Positions 13,046 to 24,309 of a stretch of DNA of 56,177 bases are shown here, piece by piece. The DNA lies in NCBI RefSeq assembly GCF_004010195.1, contig NW_025214946.1:1-56177 (forward strand), written 5' to 3'. The notes below the pieces were generated by a model that saw nothing but the letters and a program-made list of their open reading frames with translations, made no database searches and was not told the origin of the DNA. Source of the stretch: Chiloscyllium plagiosum. Its lineage: Eukaryota. Within the stretch, counting starts at the first letter, position 1. Every line of letters begins with the position of its first letter. A program made the translations under genes and the position numbers.

Positions 13046-14419
13046 TGTTTTGGACTGTGGATATTTGTCTGATCTGAAATGGAACAGTGAAGCTGCCATT
13101 TCTGTTAGCTCTAGAGTATTTGGTTACGGCTTCTGAATGAAAAAATTTAAAATATGAGAATGACTACTGTTACGCATTATGAAAATGTTGAATTCAGTGA
13201 CACTGACACCACACAATCAATTATCTGTAAATAACTAACTGAATTAACGATTCCAATTGTTTTCAATGTCTTGTCATGCTCCTGATGTCACTGGCATCAT
13301 ACTCATCCAGCAAGAGCATATTCATCCAGGGCTTTGGAAGGCACTAACAAGGGCAGAGATTATTTGTCGTCCCCAGTAGCTCTGGAAAAGGTGCCACAGA
13401 GCTGCCTACTTGAACCTCTTCAATCCAAGTGATGCAGATCCACACAGAGCTGTTGTTAGGACATTCCAAGATTTTTAACAAACGATAATGAAGTAAGCCC
13501 CTAGTCAGTAGGACACGCAACTTGGAAGATACTTGCAGAGACCGCCTTTTCCATTATTTCGATTTCCAGTGCAGAATTTTCTCTAATTACCATTAACCAT
13601 TGTTTTGGTCAGGGTCTTTAATTCCACCATCTATTAGGTCCTGCTTTGCTTGAAATGGAAGTCACTCTGATCTCAGCTTAAATTACATGGGCAGATCAGT
13701 TGAAATACTAAAGAGCAAAAGACAAGAACACTGTTTGTTAGAACCATGTCCTCACAACATTCAATAGAAAATTGATACATGGTCTTACGATTCTGTCAGA
13801 AGTTGTTTGTCCTGTTGGTGATGAGGCTGTTTGGTTAAACCTTGTGACAGACGGACAGGAAGAAGCTCCAGTCTGTACCAATAGTGAACAAAACTATTAA
13901 GTTCACCGTGCATCAGACAGTGGCAAACATGCTATTGTCTGTTGCTATTGGACATTGATCATTCCAAACCTATCATTCACTGATGACCAGTAGTAGCACA
14001 TAAATCAGCAGATTCCAGCATCTAGTGTGAGAGCAAAAAGGGAAAGGGAGGGTCAGGGGAAGTGGTGTGACATCCAGAGCGAGAAGTGTAAAGGGAGATG
14101 GTCCGTAGAAGGGTATGTAGCATCAGAATGGGCAATGCAAGGGAAGTAGGAGGGTAATGAACGAGTAGGAAGGGAGAATGTGGTGTGCCAAATGCGCATC
14201 AGTGGCAGGAAAAGCATATAGTTGGAAAAGTGAGATTGATGGACAATCAAATATCACTGTTCAGGAAAATTGGGATCTGGTTTCCATTGAAAATTAAGAA
14301 AAGATTTCTCATACCTTTTTATTAACACTTGATTCTTGTTCATATCATACATTCACTCTGCATTTCTGTATCTCCATCAAATGCAGACAGCATTTTCTTT
14401 TTCTCCAATGCATTACTGC

Positions 14420-14890
14420 AACATGATGTCACTTTTTAAAACATTATTCAGAACGATGGGTCCTTGTTCTTTTAATTTGCTTCCAATCCAACGTAGAAAT
14501 GAGAAAGCGAATTGATCTTCTATAGTGTGTTTATAATGTAGAAATTAATTTAATATTTATCCTCATCCCTCCAGCTCTTTGAAACAAACTTAATGAATGA
14601 GCCTGCGTCCATCCTGCAGATGAAAAGAAAAATCTTCAGCTCTCGCTATTGCAGCAAATTTATTACAGAATAAGCTGCAGGTCCACATCAAATTGACATG
14701 TTGCAGTGCAAGTGCCAAAACCTATTCCAAAATTAATGAATAGGTTTTGGCACTTATGAATAATACATGCAGAGTGGTGAAGTGTAAAAGCAGAATTCAG
14801 CTCCATGTCCAGAATATTATTTCTGGCTTCCTCATAAAAGACCTCAACTGCATCATGCTGTAAATTCACCAATATATGAAAAACAAGAGA
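14420..14890. repeat. Old paralogous segment, copy 1 (inverted relative to 55416-55875)
   Basis: Colinear similarity, e.g. cctcaactgcatcatgctgtaaattcaccaa vs reverse complement of ttggtgaatttacagcataatgcagttgagg. Confidence 0.85.
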
Positions 14891-14967
14891 CTGGAATTCC
14901 CAATTCTTCCCGTGCAACTGATCTGTAGAACAGGTAGAAAATCAAGGTTTGTATCTGATATTCATAA

Positions 14968-17740
14968 ATAGAACATAGAACATAGAGACCCTTTGGTCTT
15001 CGATTTTGCGCCACCCTGTCATACTAATCTGAAGCCCATCCCACCTACACTATTCCATGTACATCCATATGCCTGTCCAATGACGGCTTATATGCACTTA
15101 AATTGGCGAATCTACCACGGTTGCATTCAAAGCATTCCATACCCTTACTACTCTCTTAATAAAAAAAACTACCTCTGACATCTGTCTTATACCTAACTCC
15201 CATAACTTTAAAGTTGTGTCCCCTCACGTTTGCCGTCCCTATCCTTGGAAAAAGGCTCTCCCAGTCCACCCTATCTAACCCTCTGATTATCTTGCATGTC
15301 TCTATTAAGTCACCTCTCAACCTTCTTCTCTCTAACGAGAACAGCCTCAAGGCCCTCAGCCTTTCCTCGTAAGACATTCCTTCCGTACCAGGGAACATCT
15401 TAGTAAATCTCCTCTGCACCCTTTCCAAAGCTTCCACATCCTTCTTATAATGTAGTGACCAGATCTATACACAATACTCCAAGTGTGGCAGTACCAGAGC
15501 TTTGTTCAGCTGCAGAATAACCTCCTGGATCTGGAACTCAATCGCTCTATTAAAAAAGGCCAAAACACAATATGCCTTCTTAACAGCCCTTTCAATCTGG
15601 GTGTCAATTTTCAGGGATCAGTTTGCATGGACATCGAGATCTCCCTGCTCGTCTGCTCTCCCAAGAATACTACCATTAGCCCAGTACTTTGCATTCCGAT
15701 TACTACGTCCAAAGGGTATCACCTCACACTTGTCCGCATTAAACTCCATTTGCCACCTCTCAGCCCAGCTCTGCCTCCTAACTCTCTGCAACCTACTACA
15801 TCCTTCGTCACTATCCACAAATTAACTGACCTTAGTGTCGTCCACAAATTTATTAACCCACCCTTCTAAGCACTCATCCAGGTCGTTTATAAAAATGACG
15901 AACAGCAGTGGACCCAACACCGACACTTGCGGTACGCCACTACTAACAGGACACCAAGATGAACATATTCCATCAATGTTAACCCTCTGTTTTCTTTCAG
16001 CACGCCAATTACTGATCCAAACTGCTATGTCTCCCATAATTCCATTCCTCTACATTTTTTACAATAGCCTACTGTGGGGATCCTTAACGAAAGCCTTGCT
16101 GAAATACATTTCCGCCACATCAACCAGTTTACTCTCATCTACCTGTTTGGTCGCTTTGTCAAAAAAGTCAAGAAGGTTCGTTAGCCACGACCTACCCTTC
16201 ACAAAACTGTGCTAATTTTCTCTGATCAGATTTGTCTTTTCTAGATGGTTATACATCCTATCTCTTATAACTTTTTCCAACACTTTACCAACAACTGAAG
16301 TGACACTCACTGGTCTGTAATTGCTAGGCTTGTCTCAAATATCCTTTTTGAACAAGGGAACCACATTTGCTATCCTCTAGTCCTCAGACACTATTCTTGT
16401 AGACAATGATAGTTTGAAGATCAATGCCAAAGCTGGCAATCTCTTCCCTCGCTGCCCAAAGGATCCTAGGATAGACCCCATGTGGCCCAGGGCACTTGTC
16501 TATTTTCACACTCTGCAGTATTTCTAATACCTCTTCCTTGTGAACCCCAATCTCTTCTAATCTCGATGCAAGTATTTCTGTATTTTCCTCGCCAACATTT
16601 TCATTTTCTATAGTGAACACTGTCGAAAAATATTTATTTAGTGCTTCCCCTATCTTCCATGACTCCACACACAGCCTCTGACTATTATCATTGATTGGCC
16701 CAAATCTAACTCCTGTCATTCTTTTATTCCTGACATACCGATGGAAAGTCTTAGGGTTAACCCTGATCCTATCCGCCAACAACTTTTCATGTCTACTCCT
16801 GGCTTTTCTGAGCTCCCTTTTGGGCCAAAATAAGCCTTCTGCTTTTTCTTGACCAAGGATTCCACTTCCTTAGTAAACCATGGCTCACGCATTCTAAATC
16901 TTCCTCCCTGCCTGACAGGTGCATACTTATCTAGGACAAGCAGGACCTTTTCCTTGAATAAGCTCCACATTTTTAATGTGCTCATCCCCAGCAGTTTCCT
17001 TCCCCGTTCTATGCTTCCTAAATCTTTCCTAATTTCATCGCATTTTCCCTTCCCCCAGCTGTACCACTTCCTTGGTGGAGTAAACCCATCGCTTTCCATC
17101 ACTAAAGTAAACCTGACAGAATTGTGATCACTGTCTCCAAAGTGCTCACCTACTTCCAAATCTAACACCTGGCCAGGCTCGTTGCCCAGTACTAAATCTA
17201 AAGTGATATAAAGGGGAATGGCCACAGCGGATCCCTGCATTACCTGCCGGTTCCCTTTCTGTCCCCTAACTGTCACCCATCTATCTTTTTCTTTTATCTT
17301 TGGAGTGACTACCTCTCTGTAAGTCCTGCCAATAACCCCCTCTGCCTCCCGAAAGATCTGAAGTTCATCCAACACCAGCTCCAGTTCCTTAACGCGGTTT
17401 TCGAGGGGCTGGTGTTGGATGCACTTCCCACAGATGTAATCAGCAGGGACAATAGTGGTGACCCTTACTTCCCACATTCTGCAAGAGGAACGTTCCACTG
17501 TCCTTAACTCCATTCCCACTATTCTAACTCCAGAAGTGACTACTAAAAAAATAGATTAGGAAATAAACTAGTTAACGAGTAGTGTCTGTGGTAATGCAAC
17601 CACGCAAATATAAACTGTTCTACTTACCCTTCCCTGAAGTCATTTGCTCTCTTCTCCCTCGCTGGCCTGAAGGTAACAAGTTTAAATATACTTACCGGCC
17701 TTCCCGACAATCACCTTGCACCAACGTCACCTCTCGCTGC
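14968..17740 (-). mobile_element. Internally deleted, near full-length CR1 (5' UTR, ORF1 start fused to EN, RT, tail)
   Basis: ORF 16716-17519 joins the ORF1 zinc finger/coiled coil (SSCRMWEV..CGKC..RVKELE) to EN (LDLVLGNEPGQV..GDSDHN); RT GVPQ.SVLGP..FINDLD; (acataga)n tail. Confidence 0.9.
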
Positions 17741-18659
17741 TCCGAGATGTTGATGATATTAATGTGGGAGATGGGGGGCGGGGGTGGGACGGTGGGTGGA
17801 GAATGATAAACAATGTTGTGGATGACATAACGATAGGCCGAATGGGACATGCTGAGGAGGAATGTGTTAGGTTCCAGGAGGGTATACATTGATTGTTCAG
17901 CGAACATGTGCTTCCAGGCAGCTTTTGAAAGTTCTTGCCTAATACCATCAAAATTAGACGTACCCCAATTTAGAACTTCAACTTTTAGATCTGGTCAATC
18001 ATTTTCCATCACTATTTTGAAACTAATAGAATTCTTGGCAAATAGCTGAAGCTCACACACTTCAGTGAGAATTAAATTGATTGATTATATATAAATGTGT
18101 CAGAATGATAATCCTATCTGGTTGTTCAATCGTTTGCTCACTCTGAATATGCAATCAGTCAGATGTTAACCACTTTGCAAATGATATAGCGACAATGTAT
18201 GCATTTGAATACTGGCATTTAGTGTGTAATTGTGATCACCAGAATAATAAGATAACATGTTTCTTTTTGGTATAATACAAAAGGCGCACTCTTTACTTTT
18301 GTATCATAAAATGTTGTTATCTGTTTACATTTTGGTTCCATTAATATAGAACCAACCTAATTGTTTTCAGAGATGATGCAATTATTGTTCAGTTGAATAA
18401 TTGTAGATCATATCTCATCATTGCACAATTCACAAACATTGCTAACTACGAATCATTGTTCAGGTCAGTAAACGCACCACGTTGCAATCATGACCGACAT
18501 AAAAAATGGATTCCAAAAGGTCGGAATTCAGGCACCGTGCTACTGGACCTCACAGCTGCCTGTGACACTGAGTGAGATACTGGCCTGCTCCAGAATCTGA
18601 CCAGAAAGATTCCAACCTGGGTCAGGACAATCAGGAGGTCGGCGTGGAGGCGGAGACAC

Positions 18660-18770
18660 ATGAAACGTCGATTCTTCTGATCCTTGGATGCTGCCTAACC
18701 TGCTGCGCTTTTCCAGCAACACACTTTTCAGCTCTGCTCTCCAGCAGCTGCAGTCCTCACTTTCCCCTCA
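18660..18770 (+). mobile_element. Penelope pLTR fragment
   Basis: gaaacgtcgattc..ggatgctgcct.acctgctgcgcttttccagca..ctgcagtcctcactttc. Confidence 0.75.
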
Positions 18771-18854
18771 GGACAATCATTCAAACATTCCTTCAATGTA
18801 AATCATTTGGATTCTACCTTGGGCAGGAGGAACCCAGCAAACAGGCTATCAGTC

Positions 18855-18990
18855 ATCATTCCTGATGAAGGGCTTTTGCCTGAAACGTCGACTTTCCTGC
18901 ACCTCGGATGCTGCCTGACCAGCTGTGATTTTCCAGCACCGCTCTAATCTAGACGCTGGTTTCCAGCAACTGCAGTCCTTGTTTTTACCT
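18855..18990 (+). mobile_element. Solo Penelope pLTR with hammerhead core at 18862-18889
   Basis: CTGATGA-A-GGGC-TTTT-GCCT-GAAAC-GTC, followed by the same pLTR sequence as 8427-8525. Confidence 0.85.
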
Positions 18991-19874
18991 ATCAATGTTC
19001 CCATTGCAGTTAGAAAATACTGTCTAAATTAGATACCAATGTTTGATCAGGAACCAGGTCTTAAAATTCATCTTCAGTCAGAGCATGACCCAGACAGCAT
19101 TGTATGGACATGGAGTGTCAGAATCACATGGTATTGCTTACGGTGCTGACATCTGGCATGATCCACATACTTCCTACATCCGCTCCCTGATCCAGATGCT
19201 GTGTGAAAATGTTCACAATTGACAGCTTTCTGCAGCATCTTGTGTCTCACAGCGAGTCCTCTGAAATTATATCCAATAAAAGTACCTTCACATTCACCAG
19301 TATCAAAATAAAATTGTACATGTCTGTGGATGGTCAGATATTAATACATTGGTTACCAAACAAAATGTATCTGAAGAAACCAGGAGCTAACGACAAAACC
19401 AAAAATCAGTCTAATAACTAAACTTGGTGGATTTTGTCTGGTCGAGGTAACCACATATATTGTGCTGGCACTCAGCTGACTGTAACCATGCACACCATAA
19501 CTGGAAGTCTTGGCCTTACGCCCCTTCCAGCTTCCTGACCTCACACACCTCACTCCCTCACACATTCAACAACTGATGAGAATCCACCAGCTGAGAGAAA
19601 CTTGGAACATATAACAGTAGAGCACAATAAGAGCGCTTCAGCCCTCAATGCCTTGCCGACCTTTTATCCTACTCTAAGATCAGACTAACCTACATAACCT
19701 TCAATGCACTAGCTTCCATGTGCCGTTCCGAGAGTCAACTTAATTATCCCTAATGTATCTGACTCTATTCCTATCACTATGGTGCATTCCAACCCCACCA
19801 TACTCTGTGTAAAGCAGCTACCTCTGACATCANNNNNNNNNNNNNNNNNNNNNNNNNNNNNNNNNACCGGAACC

Positions 19875-21381
19875 TTAAAATTACGCTCCTTGTGAATAGC
19901 TATTTCTGCCATGGGAAAAGACTCTGGCTATCCAATCTTTGTCTCTCAACATTTGTACACCTCTATCAAGTCAGCTGCCATTCTTCTTTGCTCCATGGAG
20001 AAAAGACCTAGCTCCCTCAATCTTTCTTCCTAAGACATGTCTTCCAGGCCAGGCAACATCCTGGTAAATCTCCTCTGCACACTCCCTGAGGCTTCCACAT
20101 GTTTCCTATAATGAGGCAAAAAGAAGTAAACACAATATTCCAACTGTTTTTGAACCACAGCTTTATAGAGCTAAGCATTAACCTTTCCGTTCTAAACTCA
20201 ATGCCCCTGCTAATGAAAGCCAACACACCATACACCTTCTTAACAACTCCATCAACTTGGGTGACAATTTTGTGGGATCTATGGACATGGACCCCAAGAT
20301 CCCTCTGTTCCTCCCCATTGCCAAGAATTTTGCCTTTAACCTGTAATCTGTATTCAAATGCAACCTTCTAAAACAAATCACTTCACACTTTTTAAGGTCG
20401 AACATTATCTGCCACTTATAAGCCCAGCGCTGCATCCTGTCAATGTTCTGTTGCAATCTTCAACAGCTCTCCACACTATCCACAACTCCATCAATCTGCA
20501 TGTCTTCGGTAAACTTACTAACCACCATTCCACTTCCTCATCAGAGTCATTTATAAAAATCACAAACAGCACATGTCCCAGAGCCGATCCCTGTGGAAAA
20601 CCACAGGTCACTGAGCTCCAGGCTGAATTAAAATTACGCTCCTTCTGAATAGCCATTTCTGCCATGGGAAAAGACTCTGGCTATCCAATCTTTGTCTCTC
20701 AACATTTGTACACCTCTATCAAGTCAGCTGCCATTCGTCTTTGCTCCATGGAGAAAAGACCTAGCTCCCTCAAACTTTCTTCCTAAGACATGTCTTCCAG
20801 TCCAGACAACATCCTGGTAAATCTCCTCTGCACACTCCCTGAGGCTTCCACATGTTTCCTATAATGAGGCAACCAGAAGTGAACACAATATTCCAAGTGT
20901 GTTTGAAACACAGCTTTATAGAGCTAAGCATTAACCTTTCCGTTCTTAAACTCAATGACCCTGCTAATGAAAGCCAACACACCATAGACCTTCTTAACAA
21001 CTCTCTCAACTTGTGTGACAATTTTGTGGAATGTATGGACATGGACCCCAAGATCCCTCTGTTTATCCCCATTGCCAAGAATTTTGCCTTTAACCTGTAA
21101 TCTGTATTCAAATGCAACCTTCTAAAACAAATCACTTCACACTTTTTAAGGTCGAACATTATCTGCCACTTATTAGCCCAGCGGTGCATCCTGTTAATGT
21201 TCTGTTGCAACCTTCAACAGCCCTCCACACTATCCACAACTCCATCAACCTGCATGACTTCGGTAAACTTACTAACCACTATTCCACTTCCTCATCAGAG
21301 TCATTTATAAAAATCACAAACAGCACACGTCCCAGAGCCGATCCCTGTGGAAAACCACAGGTCACTGAGCTCCAGGCTGAA
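19875..21381. repeat. ~753-bp tandem duplication inside CR1
   Basis: Copies start at 19875 and 20628 (ttaaaattacgctcctt) and differ by scattered substitutions. Confidence 0.95.
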
Positions 21382-21564
21382 TACTTTCCATCTGCTATCA
21401 TCCTTTGTCTTCTATGGGCCAGCCATGCCCGTATCCAGAGAGCCAAATTTCCCTGCATCGTATTCCTCCTTAGCTTCTGAACGATCCTACAATGGGAAAC
21501 CTGATCAAACGCCTTGCTAAAATTCGTGTTCACCACATATACCGGTCTACCTTCACGACTTGTA

Positions 21565-21895
21565 TTTTTCACATCTTAAAATAATTTAATAAGGTTTGTG
21601 AGACATGACCTGCTCCTCAAAAAGCCATGCTGACTGTCTAACAAATTATCATTTTCTAAGTAATTGTAAATCCTGCCTCTCAGAAGCGTCTCCAATACTT
21701 TGCCCACCACTGATGTAAGACTGACTGTTTTTCACATCTTAAAATAATTTAATAAGGTTTGTGAGACATGACTTGCTCCTCAAAAAGCCATGCTGACTAT
21801 CTCTAATCAAATTATCATTTTCTAAGTAATTGTAAATCCTGCCTCTCAGAAGGGTCTCCAATACTTTGCCCACCACTGATGTAAGACTAACTGTT
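21565..21895. repeat. ~163-bp tandem duplication inside CR1
   Basis: tttttcacatcttaaaataattt at 21565 and 21728. Confidence 0.95.
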
Positions 21896-22261
21896 CGGTC
21901 ATTCCTCAGGGTTATCCCTATTCCCTTCCTAGAACAAGGGAATAACATTTGCCACACTTCAATCATCTTGTACCACTCTAGTGGACAGCGAGGACACAAC
22001 GAGCATCACCAAAGGCACACCGATCTCTTCCATCACCTCCTGGAGTAACGTTGTGTATACCCCATCTGGCTCAGGGGAGTTTTCTATCCTTATGTTTGTA
22101 CTTCAATCAGTCTGTACTTCCCCTCACCTTGTCTGCACCCTGTCCAACCAAATGATTGACTGCTTTCCATTTCAGTGCAATATGCAGTGCTGCCTTCCTG
22201 AGTAAGTACGGTTCTCAACGTCCTGCGAATCACAGAATCAAATAAAAAGGAATTCACCAAT

Positions 22262-22392
22262 CCCTTCCTGATAATGAGCTTCTGGCCGAAACAGCGACTC
22301 TCTTGCTCCCCGGATGCGTCCTGACCTGTTTTGCCTTTGCAGCACCACACTGTTAGACTCTGATCTCCATCATCTGCAGTCCTCAGTTTCTC
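22262..22392 (+). mobile_element. Degraded Penelope pLTR
   Basis: ctgataatgagcttctggccgaaacagcga (decayed hammerhead) plus ggatgcgtcctgacctg..catctgcagtcctca. Confidence 0.7.
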
Positions 22393-22599
22393 CATTACTG
22401 AGTGCTGTCCTCTCTGCACACTGAGCGGAAAATTAACCATCAGAAACTCATTGTATGTGGAGCTGAATGCTCAGTTCTGGAAAGTTGGACTTGATAAATA
22501 CATTTTTGAAAAATAAATTACAGTTCAAAAAATATTCATTCAGGCCCAGAGTTACAATTTTGGTTCATGGTTTGGGCATGTTTGAGGATGATTGAGGAA

Positions 22600-23010
22600 C
22601 TCCGAGGCACAGAGTATTCCAGGTGTTATGTTCCAGCTCACGTTAATACTGGGTGTATTATCAGACAGACTGATGAGATAATGGCGTGAGTTGACATGTG
22701 GAGGTGAAATAATTTTGCCATCACAGAGACGTGTTTGAGGGTGGTCAGGGCTAACAACTCAATATTCTGTACTACTGGAACTATAGGCAGGACAGGAGGG
22801 AATGTTAAAAAGGAGGTGGTATTGCATTATTTATTAAGGAACAGTTACTGCAGTAAGCAGGGACGATATCTTGGACGTGTCTTCAAATGAGGCTTTATGC
22901 GTCGAGGTTAAGGTCCAAACGCTGGCAATATTTTATAGAGTCCCAGAAATATGAAAATTTAGGAGCAGATATATAACCAATTCACTAAGTGCGTAAAAAC
23001 CAATTCATTG
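22600..23010 (+). mobile_element. CR1 endonuclease fragment
   Basis: gccatcacagagacgtg (AITETW), ggaggtggtattgcattatttattaag (GGGxALFIK). Confidence 0.7.
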
Positions 23011-23026
23011 AGGTGTGAAGGAAAGC

Positions 23027-24231
23027 AGATATAGGAAAGCAAGGCTGGAGATATTACAGAGATGACGGGAAAGCAAGGCTGGAGATATTTTAGAGATAGG
23101 AAAGCTTTCTGGAGATGTTACAGAGAAGGGAAAGCAAGGCTGGAGATGTTACAGAGAGATAGGAAAGCAAGGCTGGAGATGTTACTGAGAGATAGGAAAG
23201 CAAGGCTGGAGATGTTACAGAGAGATAGGAAAGCAAGGCTGGAGATGTTACTGAGAGATAGGAAAGCAAGGCTGGAGATGTTACAGAGAGATAGGAAAGC
23301 AAGGCTGGAGATGTTACTGAGAGATAGGAAAGCAAGGCTGGAGATGTTACAGAGAGATAGGAAAGCAAGGCTGGAGATGTTACTGAGAGATAGGAAAGCA
23401 AGGCTGGAGATGTTACAGAGAGATAGGAAAGCAAGGCTGGAGATGTTACTGAGAGATAGGAAAGCAAGGCTGGAGATGTTACAGAGAGATAGGAAAGCAA
23501 GGCTGGAGATGTTACTGAGAGATAGGAAAGCAAGGCTGGAGATGTTACAGAGAGATAGGAAAGCAAGGCTGGAGATGTTACTGAGAGATAGGAAAGCAAG
23601 GCTGGAGATGTTACAGAGAGATAGGAAAGCAAGGCTGGAGATGTTACTGAGAGATAGGAAAGCAAGGCTGAAGATGTTACAGACAGAGAGGAAAGCAAGG
23701 GTGGAGATGTTACAGAGATAGAAAAACAAGGCTGGAGATGTTACAGAGAGAGAGGAAAGCAAGGCTGCAGATGTTACAGAGATAGAAAAACAAGGCTGGA
23801 GATGTTACAGAGAGAGAGGAAAGCAAGGCTGCAGATGTTACAGAGATAGAAAAACAAGGCTGGAGATGTTACAGAGAGAGAGGAAAGCAAGGCTGCAGAT
23901 GTTACAGAGATAGAAAAACAAGGCTGGAGATGTTACAGAGAGAGAGGAAAGCAAGGCTGCAGATGTTACAGAGATAGAAAAACAAGGCTGGAGATGTTAC
24001 AGAGAGAGAGGAAAGCAAGGCTGCAGATGTTACAGAGATAGAAAAACAAGGCTGGAGATGTTACAGAGAGAGAGGAAAGCAAGGCTGCAGATGTTACAGA
24101 GATAGAAAAACAAGGCTGGAGATGTTACAGAGAGAGAGGAAAGCAAGGCTGCAGATGTTACAGAGATAGAAAAACAAGGCTGGAGATGTTACAGAGAGAG
24201 AGGAAAGCAAGGCTGCAGATGTTACAGAGAG
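23027..24231. repeat. 33-bp-monomer minisatellite with two higher-order blocks (66 bp, then 64 bp)
   Basis: gagataggaaagcaaggctggagatgttac(a/t)ga alternating, then alternating 33-bp and 31-bp monomers. Confidence 0.97.
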
Positions 24232-24309
24232 AATGACAGTGACAGTGACAGTGAGTGTGAGAGTGAGAGTGAGTGTGTGAGTGTGAGAATGTGTATACAC
24301 ATGAGCACA

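Larger units (their letters stand above)
18480..19520 (+). mobile_element. Vingi/Ingi-like non-LTR RT relic, interrupted by Penelope pLTR pieces
   Basis: NGFQK..SGTVLLDLTAACDT..TGLL resembles the DLTAAYDTVWH.GL motif; later degraded YADD-like and LKK..K....LITKL.G segments. Confidence 0.45.
19605..22200 (-). mobile_element. CR1 ORF2 with two internal tandem duplications
   Basis: RT motifs [43 protein letters not shown]. Confidence 0.9.

Noticed and set aside
14663..14917. 84-aa minus-strand ORF in the duplicated segment
   Set aside because: The frame is broken in the 55-kb paralog and resembles no domain I recognise
23062..23762. 200+ aa ORFs (RDRKARLEMLQ)n on both strands
   Set aside because: By-product of a 33-bp repeat; open in several frames, with no gene context
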